From the NCBI GenBank assembly GCA_038833255.1, contig JAWBIX010000001.1, positions 1-32,000 on the forward strand: DNA of 32,000 bases. The letters run 5' to 3'. The position numbers were made by a program, and so were the translations under genes. Origin of the DNA: Nanopusillaceae archaeon. GTDB lineage: Archaea > Nanobdellota > Nanobdellia > Nanobdellales > Nanobdellaceae. The stretch's first letter is position 1. The number at the start of each line of letters is the position of its first letter. This document shows positions 1 to 9,513 of the stretch, piece after piece. The notes under the pieces are model-generated. The model saw only the letters and a list, made by a program, of their open reading frames with translations. It was not told where the DNA came from and made no database searches.

Positions 1-646
1 AAATATCTACTAATTTTACTCTCTTTCCTAAAACTGTCCTTTCTTCACCATATCTAACTCTTACTTCTTCTACTGGAATCCTTCTTAATTCTAAATGATT
101 ACCACTATAGTAAGTTAAGTAAAAGTCTTTTCCAAATACATTTATCTTTGTATTATTTAATTTACTTATAGAATCGTTAAATGTTATTTCTAATCTAAAT
201 CCTACATTTTGTAGTTGTAATCTTCCAGATTCATTCAATCCAAATACATTAAAGTTTCCTTGTGAAAATAACTTTACATTATAACTATATACTGTATCAT
301 TTACTGTTACTGTTCCGTTCCAAACATCTTTTGAATAACCTGATGCTGAATCTTCTACAACAATTGGTCTCTCTAAAACAACTTTTACAGCAGATAAATC
401 AATTTTTGGTAATTCAATAACTTCTTTTTCAGATCTTATACTTAAGTACTGTAATGCTGCTAATACATCTGCTGCACCAATTACATCTGAGGCCTTTGCA
501 TCTTTACCAACTACTACTGTCCATGCATGTGGTTCTGATTTTATTGCATCTCTAACTGTTCCTAAGGTTGGAGTGGTTTGAGCTAATACAACTGTACCTA
601 AAGCTATAAGGCTACCAACACCTGCTAAAGTTTTTCGATTCATCAT
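1..646 (-). CDS. S-layer-like secreted surface protein, N-terminal part (partial; runs off the left edge of the window)
   Basis: My own translation of the minus strand from ATGATG at 646/643 is open to position 1: MMNRKTLAGVGSLIALGTVVLAQTTPTLGTVRDAIKSEPHAWTVVVGKDAKASDVIGAADVLAAL... It has a signal-peptide-like N-terminus followed by a VVVGxxAxASDVIGAxDxxAAL motif typical of archaeal (Methanococcales-type) S-layer N-terminal domains. It is absent from the ORF track because it is truncated. Confidence 0.6.
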   Translation of the reverse strand, partial: MMNRKTLAGVGSLIALGTVVLAQTTPTLGTVRDAIKSEPHAWTVVVGKDAKASDVIGAADVLAALQYLSIRSEKEVIELPKIDLSAVKVVLERPIVVEDSASGYSKDVWNGTVTVNDTVYSYNVKLFSQGNFNVFGLNESGRLQLQNVGFRLEITFNDSISKLNNTKINVFGKDFYLTYYSGNHLELRRIPVEEVRVRYGEERTVLGKRVKLVDI

Positions 647-750
647 AATATATTTATAGCCCTCTTTTATCTTAAAACTTCTAGCCATGAATATATAAAG
701 ATATCCTTATTTTTAAATCTATCCCCGTTTGATAATCATTTGTAACTACT

Positions 751-2637
751 TTATGGTAATAAATTATTTTTTCTCAATATTTCAATAATAATATTATATA
801 ACTTTCCAGAATCAAACCTTCCTTTAACTACTTTAGATACCTCACTCATCATAATATTTAATGCCTTATCTCTCTTCTTCAATATATTTTCAATATTTTT
901 ATTAAAGATCTCCTCAACAATTTTCAAAACCTCTTCATAAGATAAAGAAAATAAATTCTTTTCTTTAACAATTTCAAAAATATTTTTCTTTGTTTTACAA
1001 TATTCAATTAAAATTTCGTTTATAGAATCTTTAGATATTTTATTCTCATTTAAAAGTTCAAATATTTGATAAAATATTTCATCTGGAATTTCATCAACAT
1101 TATATCCTTCCCTCCTCAAATATCTCAAATTATTAACTAATATATTTGCAATTAATTTTGGTTCTATGTTTTTATATTTTTTAACTAAATCTTCAAACAA
1201 ACTTAATCTAATATCATTTATTATCTCATTTGCCAATTCCTTACTCAATCCATATTCTTTTATAAATCTATCAAACTTTCTATCAATTGGTTCTGGTAAA
1301 TATTTATCACACTCTTTCAAAATTTCTTCATTAATAATTATTGGTTGTATATCTGTTTCTGGATACATTCTAGATGCCCCTGGTCTTGGTCTCATAAATT
1401 TTGTAGTACCATCTAAATTTGCAGCCCTAGTTTCTTCAGGAATTCTATCAAAAGCAATTTTTATTCTCTCTAAAACAATTTTTAATGCATTTTCAGCCCT
1501 TTCTTTTATATCTGCAATTAAAATAAATGCATCTTCTTCACTTAAATTCAAATATTTATATATTTTATTTACTTCTTCTTCACTTATTCCATAATTTGGT
1601 AATTCATCTGAATGGAATAGTCCTTTAACACCATATAATTTGGCATAATCTGATAACTCTGTTCCAAATCTTCTTCCAGGTTGCAATTCTTTCCCTAAAA
1701 TTCCCTTAAATTTTTTTAATCTAATTGCCAAAACCTTTCCATTATTTTTTAAAGCATTTTGAATAATTTTTGATTTAGAATCTTTCATTATTTCTGTTAT
1801 ATCATAAATATTTTCATCCAATTCTTCCTTCCTTAATCTTCTATTCAATTCTTCTTTTACTTCCAATAACCTTAATTGTCTCATAACTTCATATTCAATG
1901 ACTTTTGGAATTAATGATAAATATTGTACACCTTTTATTTCTGTTTTTGCACCATTCTTTATACTTATATTAATATCCTGTCTAATACTTCCTAAAACTC
2001 TTTTTGCCTTACCTGTCAATAAAATTGATTGGCCAATCCTTTTAGCAACTTTCTCGGCTTCATATGGATCTTCTATATCAGGAGATGTTGCAACTTCAAT
2101 TAATGGAACACCTAATCTATCTAAATTATATACAATAACATTTTCCTTTTCTTCAACTTTTCTTGCAGCATCTTCCTCTAAACATAAACTTTGAATACCA
2201 TATTTTTTGCCATCAATTTCAATATAACCATTTATACCAATTAAAGCCGTTCTTTGAAAACCTGAAACATTACTCCCATCAATAACAATTTTCCTCATAA
2301 CATAGATCTCATCCGGAATTCTCATATTAAAGAATTTTGCTAATGCTAATGAAATTAAAAGTGCTTCTTTATTTATTTCTTTTGGTGGTTCTTCATCAGC
2401 TTCAATTAAACATGTATTTTCAGTAAATATATATTCATATTTTCTTCCCTTTTCCCATTCAAATTTTGCAGCAGGATCTATTTCACCTAATTCACTCAAT
2501 GAAGGTCTTAATTCCCTTATAAATCTAATTTTATCCTTTCCAAATTCTGTTGGACAATCACAAAATAATTTTTTATCTGTATTTAATTGAACATGAATTT
2601 CTAATCCAACTTTTAATCCTATTGATTTATAATCCAT
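751..2637 (-). CDS. gatE: Glutamyl-tRNA(Gln) amidotransferase subunit E
   Basis: 628 aa. N-terminus MDYKSIGLKVGLEIHVQLNT..KLFCDCPT is the canonical GatE start. It lies immediately downstream of gatD and overlaps it by 19 nt. Confidence 0.93.
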   Translation of the reverse strand: MDYKSIGLKVGLEIHVQLNTDKKLFCDCPTEFGKDKIRFIRELRPSLSELGEIDPAAKFEWEKGRKYEYIFTENTCLIEADEEPPKEINKEALLISLALAKFFNMRIPDEIYVMRKIVIDGSNVSGFQRTALIGINGYIEIDGKKYGIQSLCLEEDAARKVEEKENVIVYNLDRLGVPLIEVATSPDIEDPYEAEKVAKRIGQSILLTGKAKRVLGSIRQDINISIKNGAKTEIKGVQYLSLIPKVIEYEVMRQLRLLEVKEELNRRLRKEELDENIYDITEIMKDSKSKIIQNALKNNGKVLAIRLKKFKGILGKELQPGRRFGTELSDYAKLYGVKGLFHSDELPNYGISEEEVNKIYKYLNLSEEDAFILIADIKERAENALKIVLERIKIAFDRIPEETRAANLDGTTKFMRPRPGASRMYPETDIQPIIINEEILKECDKYLPEPIDRKFDRFIKEYGLSKELANEIINDIRLSLFEDLVKKYKNIEPKLIANILVNNLRYLRREGYNVDEIPDEIFYQIFELLNENKISKDSINEILIEYCKTKKNIFEIVKEKNLFSLSYEEVLKIVEEIFNKNIENILKKRDKALNIMMSEVSKVVKGRFDSGKLYNIIIEILRKNNLLP

Positions 2638-3932
2638 TTTGGATACATATCTAAACTAAGCCTTTCATTTATTTCACCTTCTAAATTCTTCAAATATAGT
2701 TCTTTTACTTCTTCTTCATTGAAATTTCCTAATAACCATGATAGTTTTACATATGCAACCTCAGGTAACATATCTGAAGAAGGTAAAACACCTGATTTTA
2801 ATAATAACCTTCCAGTACTATAAACATTCATATTAATTCTACCAAACAAACATTGACTTGTCATTGTTACTATAATTCCATTATCAATTAATTCCTTTAT
2901 TTTTGGTATTATTTCTTCTGAAACATGTCCTAAACCGGTCCCTTCAATAACCAATCCCTTATATTTCTTTTCAATAAAATAATCTAAAATATTTATATCA
3001 AATCCTGGATAAAATTTAATTAAACCTACTTTTTCCTCAAATTTATTCATTAAAATTGGATCTTTATCAGATCTATAATTAATTATTTTTCCAATTATTT
3101 CTATTTCAAATTTGTCTGGATATACTTTAGCAATTGGATAATCATTTATTGATTGAAATGCATCCCTTCTACTAGTATGCATTTTCCTTACCTTAACACC
3201 TCTATGAACTAAAGAATAACTATCTGATGTTTCTCCATGCATAACAACAACAGATTCTGCAAAATTTGCTTTCAAAGATACAACTATTGCAGATTTTATA
3301 TTAAAATATGAATCTGTAGATGGTCTGTCAGAACTTCTCTGTGATCCAACAAATATTATCGGAACATTTTTATTTCTTATTGAAAATGCTAATGCTGAAG
3401 ATGTATAAGACATTGTATCTGTTCCATGTAAAACAATTACCCCATTATCTTTTTTCATTTCATTATAAACTTCCTTCGAAATTATTTCCCAATCTTTTTT
3501 TGTCATATTTTCGCTAAATTTATTCATTATTTTTCTTATATCTAATGAAACAATATCTTTTATTTCTGGAATCATTTTTATTAAATCTTCCGCACTTAAT
3601 GAAGGATATACAGCCCCTGTTTTATAATCAACTCTTGAAGCAATTGTTCCACCAGTTGATAAAATACTTACTAATGGTTTATCTTTACTCAAACTTATTT
3701 TTTCCTCAACTTTCAAAATTTCTTTCTTAGAAACCAAATCTATTTTTGTTTTATCATTAACAGAAATTCCTATATTATATCCATTATCTAATTTAATTAC
3801 TAAAATATTTTTTCCTTCATAAATTGAATATCTTGGCATCAAAATTCCATATATTTCTTCTCCATCAGAAATAATTCTAATTCTATCACCAATTTCAATA
3901 CCCTTTTTTTTCAAATCTTCATAAATATTCAT
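2619..3932 (-). CDS. gatD: Glutamyl-tRNA(Gln) amidotransferase subunit D (asparaginase-like)
   Basis: 437 aa. Asparaginase-type motifs (ILSTGGTIAS, VVLHGTDTM) follow an N-terminal GatD-specific domain. Paired with gatE. Confidence 0.92.
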   Translation of the reverse strand: MNIYEDLKKKGIEIGDRIRIISDGEEIYGILMPRYSIYEGKNILVIKLDNGYNIGISVNDKTKIDLVSKKEILKVEEKISLSKDKPLVSILSTGGTIASRVDYKTGAVYPSLSAEDLIKMIPEIKDIVSLDIRKIMNKFSENMTKKDWEIISKEVYNEMKKDNGVIVLHGTDTMSYTSSALAFSIRNKNVPIIFVGSQRSSDRPSTDSYFNIKSAIVVSLKANFAESVVVMHGETSDSYSLVHRGVKVRKMHTSRRDAFQSINDYPIAKVYPDKFEIEIIGKIINYRSDKDPILMNKFEEKVGLIKFYPGFDINILDYFIEKKYKGLVIEGTGLGHVSEEIIPKIKELIDNGIIVTMTSQCLFGRINMNVYSTGRLLLKSGVLPSSDMLPEVAYVKLSWLLGNFNEEEVKELYLKNLEGEINERLSLDMYPKWIINQ

Positions 3933-3935
3933 TAT

Positions 3936-5462
3936 TTATCTTTTTTTAGAAAATTTAATACTCTTTTTCTCAAATTCTATTATTTCTTTTATTAAATCAT
4001 CTTCATCAGAAATATTTTTTCTTAAGATAGATATGGCAGAAATATAACTAATTCCTTTGCCAGCATAAACAAACAAAAATTTTTTGCCATAATTTTTTAA
4101 CAATTCTGCAGTAATATTCAATTTTTCTTCATTTTTAATATCTTCTTCATATTTTGCAACACCAAAATATTTACCTCCACACTTTTTACATGAAAATTCT
4201 TCATAGTCTCTTACTTTTACATTATATCTTGATTTACAATTCATACAAACTAAAATAAATTCTGTATCATACAACCTTTCCCTAACTAATTTTATTATTT
4301 CTCTCCATTTATCAGATATCAAAACATCTGAAACATATTCTTCTAAACCTAAAATTGCTAATGGAGATGGAATTTCATTTAATAATATTTCAACTTCAAT
4401 TTCTCCATTTTTTATCATCCTTATAACTTTTTTAGTATTTTCTATATCTAATTTCTCAACAAAAATTTCATTCAAGGTTTCTTTATAAACTGGTGTATCT
4501 ATTAAATGTTGTAGAATTCTTCTCAAAGTTGATTTAGAATAGTCAGCATCTTTTCTTATAACACCAAATCTCTTCGCAACATGGGAAAATTTCCATAAAA
4601 ATAAATCTGTATTTACAATGGAATATTCTAATATTTTTTCTATATCTTCAGGTAAACTAATTAAAACATCTTTTATTATTTTTCTATTTATATATCCTGC
4701 TTTTAAAATAATTCTATAAGGATCTGTTTTTATTCCAACAACAACTCCATATTTTAAAGAAATTATATGAGAAATTATTCTTGATAATGTATCATTTACT
4801 TTCGTCCCAAATGGAGAATGTATTATAAACCAATCTTTGTATTGTTCTATAATAATTTTTTTAGAAGATGGAATAAAGTATCTTTCCTGTCCCTTCAATT
4901 CATCTAAATTTAATTTTGATTTAAGATCTTGTGCTTCCATTGCTACTTCAAATGGAACAGGTAATAGCTCTCCTTCCCATGATGGAATTGCAGATTCAAA
5001 ATCTCTTTCTAATGAAACATATATTTTGTTTTTTTCTAATTTTTCAATTTTCCATGGTAATCCTCTTAAAATAAAGACTGTTCCAGGATTACCATGTTTT
5101 GCAACAAATTCTTCATGTAAAATTCCAATTTTCATTTTTGTTGCAATATCAATTACATCATATGATTTTTCATCAGGAATCATTGAAAGATTTTCAATAT
5201 AATACATATGACCTTTCCTTGTTTTTATTAATTTCTTATTTTCTTTATCATATTTCAATAATTTAATTTCATTTAGGAATTCAATTACTTGTAAAAATTC
5301 TTCATAAGTTAAATCCTTATAAACATAACATCTTTTTATAGTTTCCCATGCTTTATCTAAATCTATTTCTCCAAAATCAATAGTTAACCCAACAATTTGA
5401 TTTGAAAGAACATCCAAAGCTTTCCAATGAATTTCTGGTTTTTCTAGTTTTTCTATTTTCAT
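3936..5462 (-). CDS. Stand-alone Lhr-type helicase C-terminal module (winged-helix / DEAD-associated region plus C-terminal zinc ribbon); no helicase core
   Basis: 508 aa. Starts with ..HWKALDVLSNQIVGL.. and ..RCYVYKDLTYEEFLQVIEFL.., resembling the PLDVLAQQIV / R.AYPY..L segment that follows the RecA2 domain in Lhr/large helicase-related proteins. Has CMNC..(17)..CKKC near the C-terminus. No Walker A/B or DEAH motifs in this ORF or in the upstream neighbour. Confidence 0.6.
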   Translation of the reverse strand: MKIEKLEKPEIHWKALDVLSNQIVGLTIDFGEIDLDKAWETIKRCYVYKDLTYEEFLQVIEFLNEIKLLKYDKENKKLIKTRKGHMYYIENLSMIPDEKSYDVIDIATKMKIGILHEEFVAKHGNPGTVFILRGLPWKIEKLEKNKIYVSLERDFESAIPSWEGELLPVPFEVAMEAQDLKSKLNLDELKGQERYFIPSSKKIIIEQYKDWFIIHSPFGTKVNDTLSRIISHIISLKYGVVVGIKTDPYRIILKAGYINRKIIKDVLISLPEDIEKILEYSIVNTDLFLWKFSHVAKRFGVIRKDADYSKSTLRRILQHLIDTPVYKETLNEIFVEKLDIENTKKVIRMIKNGEIEVEILLNEIPSPLAILGLEEYVSDVLISDKWREIIKLVRERLYDTEFILVCMNCKSRYNVKVRDYEEFSCKKCGGKYFGVAKYEEDIKNEEKLNITAELLKNYGKKFLFVYAGKGISYISAISILRKNISDEDDLIKEIIEFEKKSIKFSKKR

Positions 5463-5492
5463 TAAAAAAATTATTTAAAAAAATTAAAAAAA

Positions 5493-6173
5493 TTACATAG
5501 AAAGAGCTTTATGAGCTATAATCAAGTTTAAAATTGGAATAAATACAAACAAAGTATATATCAAAGCTAAAATTCCTCCTACAACAGGTATAGCTCTAAG
5601 TATCGCTCCTATAATTTCTAATATTATGGACCATACAATTAAATATACTATAATTTTTATTGAATTTTTAACTACTCTAGTACTTGCTTCAATTTTATCT
5701 ATTTTTCCCAATATTGCTGCATAAGCTTGGTAATACAATATTAGTTCTAAAACTATTAATACTACTAAAAATACTATTGCAATTAAAAAGATATTAAAAA
5801 TAGCACCTAAGATAGTTGAAACTAAAATACCGATAGTTAAAGCACCTCCCGCACCTACCAAATTTGGAATTCCTGCCAAAACAGCGTATAATGCTCCACC
5901 AAACAACAATAAGATTCCTAAATGTATTGCTAACAAACGTATTAACCAAATCTTAAAAGATAATTTATAGTTTGGATTAATATTTCCTATTGCTTTATTA
6001 TAATACCATCCCAACACTCTTGGAAATACATATGCTCCAGCTACAGCACCTATTATTGGAATTATAGATACTAGTATAGCTAATATATGCAACAAAACAA
6101 ATATTATTGCTGCCACAATATCTTTTCTATAGCTTTCAAAAGCCATTTTACCAACTTCTAAAATACCGACCAT
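5493..6173 (-). CDS. Polytopic membrane protein, unknown function
   Basis: 226 aa with about 6 strongly hydrophobic segments rich in G/A/I/L. No recognisable catalytic motif. The true start may be the internal Met (MAFESYRK). Confidence 0.5.
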   Translation of the reverse strand: MVGILEVGKMAFESYRKDIVAAIIFVLLHILAILVSIIPIIGAVAGAYVFPRVLGWYYNKAIGNINPNYKLSFKIWLIRLLAIHLGILLLFGGALYAVLAGIPNLVGAGGALTIGILVSTILGAIFNIFLIAIVFLVVLIVLELILYYQAYAAILGKIDKIEASTRVVKNSIKIIVYLIVWSIILEIIGAILRAIPVVGGILALIYTLFVFIPILNLIIAHKALSM

Positions 6174-6264
6174 TACTCATTCTATAGATTAAAATATATA
6201 AAATTATTTTTCGAATAAATTTAATTTCAAATATAATTTAAATATTTTTGACAAAAAATTAAAT

Positions 6265-7569
6265 ATGGAATTTTTAAAAAATAAACTAAGTTATCTTTTG
6301 ATATTTATATTCACATTCTTAATACAATTATCTGTAATTCTTCTTTCTCCAACAGTTTTATTATGGGATGAAAATGTTTATATAGCAAATGCAAAGTATG
6401 TTTTGGGTATTGGAAAATATTTTGAATATTTTAGATTTCCATTATTATGGTGGATTTTAATTCCTTTAGTTTCTATATTTAAAGAATCCTTTTTAATATA
6501 TAGAATTTTCATATCCCTGATTTTTTCAATTTCTGTTATTTTTTTATATAAATTATTTGAATCTATTGAAAAAAATAACCTAAAGATTTTATTTTTCATT
6601 CTATTAATAATACTAAACGGATTAATATTATTTTGGGGAAATAAAGTGTATCCGGATATTTTATCTGTTTCTTTTCTAATATTTTCTATTTATTTTTATT
6701 ATAAATTTTTAGAAAAAAACTTAGAAAAAGATCTAATTCTTTATTCACTATTTGGAATTCTTTCATTTCTATCAAAATATCCATTTGGAATTTGGTTATT
6801 TACTTCATGGTTATTTTTAGATAAAAACAAAAAAATAAAAGCAACTATTTATTTTATAATTTTTCTAATTCCTTTTTTCCTTTATAATTTAATAAATTAT
6901 AAAAATCCTATTTTTATATTTTTAGAGCAATTTAGAGTTGTATATTTATGGCAAATAAAAGAACCTATAACTAAATTTTTTAAAAATTTATTAATGTATC
7001 TTGGTTTTCTTTCATTTTCAATATTTTTATTACCAAAAAATAAATTTGAAAAATCTATATATCTTTTAAATCTTTTATCATTTATCTATTTTGCATTTTT
7101 TGTTTATATGAAAGATCCAAGATACTTATTACAAATATTAATTCCATCAGTTATTCTTTTTTACATAAAAATAGACAGTTTTAAAACCATTAACTTTTTT
7201 ATGTATCTATTTTTAGGAATATCTTTATTCTACTCTTCATTCAATGGAATTTTTAGAAATATTTTCGAATACATCCTTTGCTATGGAGAAACAAGTTCAA
7301 TTTATCAATCAATTATTTTTTTAAGAAATATGAATCCCAAAACAATTATAAGTAATTCTTTTTGGGTTTGGTATGCAAATTATCTAAATATTGAAGCCTA
7401 TTCTATATATTCTGAAGATATAGAATATCTTATTAAAAAACATTCTCCAGATTTCATTGTATATTCTGAAAATTATGGAATTTTATTAAATTTAAACCTA
7501 GAAAAATTTGAAAAAATATTTGAATACAAAGATTTTTGCGGTATTGATGTTAAAATATATAAAGTTTAG
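6265..7569 (+). CDS. GT-C fold glycosyltransferase (PMT/ArnT-like, lipid-linked sugar donor type), polytopic membrane protein
   Basis: 434 aa with more than 10 predicted TM segments. A WDENVY motif in the first extracytoplasmic loop resembles the DE motif of the GT39/GT83 (PMT/ArnT) families. The C-terminal part is soluble. Confidence 0.5.
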   Translation: MEFLKNKLSYLLIFIFTFLIQLSVILLSPTVLLWDENVYIANAKYVLGIGKYFEYFRFPLLWWILIPLVSIFKESFLIYRIFISLIFSISVIFLYKLFESIEKNNLKILFFILLIILNGLILFWGNKVYPDILSVSFLIFSIYFYYKFLEKNLEKDLILYSLFGILSFLSKYPFGIWLFTSWLFLDKNKKIKATIYFIIFLIPFFLYNLINYKNPIFIFLEQFRVVYLWQIKEPITKFFKNLLMYLGFLSFSIFLLPKNKFEKSIYLLNLLSFIYFAFFVYMKDPRYLLQILIPSVILFYIKIDSFKTINFFMYLFLGISLFYSSFNGIFRNIFEYILCYGETSSIYQSIIFLRNMNPKTIISNSFWVWYANYLNIEAYSIYSEDIEYLIKKHSPDFIVYSENYGILLNLNLEKFEKIFEYKDFCGIDVKIYKV

Positions 7570-8201
7570 AGATCTTTTTCTATTTCCTCATAATCTGTCA
7601 ATCCTCTAAAAACTTTGGTTTTATTTTTAGTAATTAAAATTATTGATGGAACTATATCTATAGAATAAATCTCCTTAAAATAAATTATAAATGAATTTTT
7701 GTAAGATATGTCAAAAGAATATATTAGAAGGTTATCTCTATATTTTGCTTTCAATAAAGATAACTTATAACCTTGTATATCACACTCTTTACATTCTATA
7801 GAATCGTCATAAAAATATATTATAATGCTTGCATTAAAATTACATCTTTCCATCATTTTTCTTGCCAAAGACATATGCAAATATTGTAAATTAAAATATT
7901 GAGCTTTCAATAATCTAAATTTATTTTCAGAAATAAAAAAAGATTTTGAATTTTGTAATATTGCTATTTTATTTCCGAGTTCATCTAAAGATCTTGTCAA
8001 AAAATTAAATTTTTCAATATCGCAGTAATTTTCATCATTTGTCAAATATTGCATTGATTCTACCATTAACTTAACAGATTCATACTCTTCATAAACTAAA
8101 TCAAAAAGATATTTGTTTAGGTAATATCCTAAAGATATTCCTAACAAAAATGTTAAAAAAGAAAATAATAAAGCTAAAATTAAAATTTTATTTACTTCCA
8201 T
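7566..8201 (-). CDS. Membrane-anchored thioredoxin-fold-like protein with CxxC motif
   Basis: 211 aa. One N-terminal TM helix. The C-terminal region IIIYFYDDSIECKECD...IVPSIILI resembles the beta-strand-CxxC-helix layout of thioredoxin-like proteins. Overlaps the GT2 gene end by 14 nt, suggesting co-transcription. Confidence 0.4.
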   Translation of the reverse strand: MEVNKILILALLFSFLTFLLGISLGYYLNKYLFDLVYEEYESVKLMVESMQYLTNDENYCDIEKFNFLTRSLDELGNKIAILQNSKSFFISENKFRLLKAQYFNLQYLHMSLARKMMERCNFNASIIIYFYDDSIECKECDIQGYKLSLLKAKYRDNLLIYSFDISYKNSFIIYFKEIYSIDIVPSIILITKNKTKVFRGLTDYEEIEKDL

Positions 8202-9480
8202 TTTTTATTTTATTGATTAAGCTATTTTTCCAAACAACCCCACCCCATTTTAATTCTTTACCAAATATTTTATAATAAATTGCAATAATCCAAAAAATAG
8301 AATACATAAAGATATATACAAATGAGTAAATAAATAATGATATTTTACTTCTTTCTTTTTCAATTTTCCAAGATTTCAAAATGAAAAATAAGAATATTAA
8401 AAATAAAACAATATTATAAAATAGTAAAAAGAAACCTCTAGATAAATATTCTACTAAAAGATTTCCAAAAATATTATGATAATTTGAAATTGAATATTCA
8501 AAAATTGGCTTTATGTTAAAATCTATGTGATAATAAAATAAAAATTGTAAATAAAAAGATCTAATAACATCATAAAGAAATAAAAATAAATTTAATATTG
8601 GTAATATTATAAAAAGTATTGCTGAACTAAAAACAAGATTAACTACTATTTTATCAGTTATCTTTTTCCTATAAACTAAAAAATTCTCTATAAAACCTAA
8701 ATACCATCTCAATCTTTGCTTTAATAATGAAACGAAGCCTTTAGGAGCCTTTGTTTTTACAATAACTTCTGGACAGTATCTTATTTTAAATCCAAAAGAT
8801 AAAATTCTCATAGCAATTTCCATATCTTCTGTTAAATTTTTCTCATCAAAACCACCGACAATATCAAAAACTTTTCTTCTAAAAATAGAAAAAGGTCCTG
8901 GTGCTACATAGATACTATTTAGTTTATCAAATATCATTCTAAGAAAGTTATTATAAGAATATTCTACACTTTGTATCATTTCTAAAAACTTTTTTCTTTC
9001 CTTTACTTGAATTGATGGAACAACAACCATTACATTTTCTTCATCAAAATACTCTAACATTTTCTTTAATGCATCCTTCGGAACTATAGAATCTGCATCC
9101 ATTGTTACAATAAATTCTCCACTAGCATGTTTTAATCCATAATTTAGAGCTGAAGCCTTTCCACCATTTTCCTTTCTTAAAACTTTCACATTTTTTCCTT
9201 CGTATTTTCTTGCTATTTCATATGTTTTATCTTTTGAACCATCATCCACAACTATTATTTCTAACTTATCTTTATCATAATCTAAATTTAGTAAAGAATT
9301 TATTGTTTCCTCAATATTTTTTTCTTCATTATATGCAGGAACTATTATTGAAACTTTAGGATATGTGTCTAATTTTTTCTTTTTTATTTCTTTGAAAAAA
9401 TAAATCATAAAGAGGTTAAAATATGTAAAGAGTAATCCCACAAATATTATAAATAACATAAGTATTTCTCTGATATACAT
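8188..9480 (-). CDS. Processive family-2 glycosyltransferase (NodC/IcaA/chitin- or cellulose-synthase-like), membrane-integrated
   Basis: 430 aa. Has an N-terminal TM, then VSIIVPAYNEE, VVDDGSKD, MDADS, TEDMEI and the QRLRW (QxxRW) motif characteristic of processive GT2 synthases, followed by several C-terminal TM helices. Confidence 0.8.
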   Translation of the reverse strand: MYIREILMLFIIFVGLLFTYFNLFMIYFFKEIKKKKLDTYPKVSIIVPAYNEEKNIEETINSLLNLDYDKDKLEIIVVDDGSKDKTYEIARKYEGKNVKVLRKENGGKASALNYGLKHASGEFIVTMDADSIVPKDALKKMLEYFDEENVMVVVPSIQVKERKKFLEMIQSVEYSYNNFLRMIFDKLNSIYVAPGPFSIFRRKVFDIVGGFDEKNLTEDMEIAMRILSFGFKIRYCPEVIVKTKAPKGFVSLLKQRLRWYLGFIENFLVYRKKITDKIVVNLVFSSAILFIILPILNLFLFLYDVIRSFYLQFLFYYHIDFNIKPIFEYSISNYHNIFGNLLVEYLSRGFFLLFYNIVLFLIFLFFILKSWKIEKERSKISLFIYSFVYIFMYSIFWIIAIYYKIFGKELKWGGVVWKNSLINKIKNGSK

Positions 9481-9513
9481 AACAAATTTATTTTTTTACT
9501 TTTTTTAATATTA

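Noticed and set aside
1166-2194. Plus-strand ORFs 1166-1594 and 1898-2194, antisense to gatE
   Set aside because: These are low-complexity Ser/Phe/Ile/Leu-rich shadow ORFs lying entirely inside a confidently identified gene on the other strand. That is expected in AT-rich DNA, where the antisense of Lys/Glu/Ile-rich coding sequence lacks stop codons.
3320-5202. Plus-strand ORFs 3320-3517, 3545-3730 and 4837-5202, antisense to gatD and the helicase module
   Set aside because: These are shadow ORFs with no motifs, and each is fully embedded in a better-supported gene.
6378-6599. Minus-strand 73-aa ORF inside the GT-C transferase gene
   Set aside because: It is embedded antisense in a long membrane-protein ORF, and no independent signal supports it.
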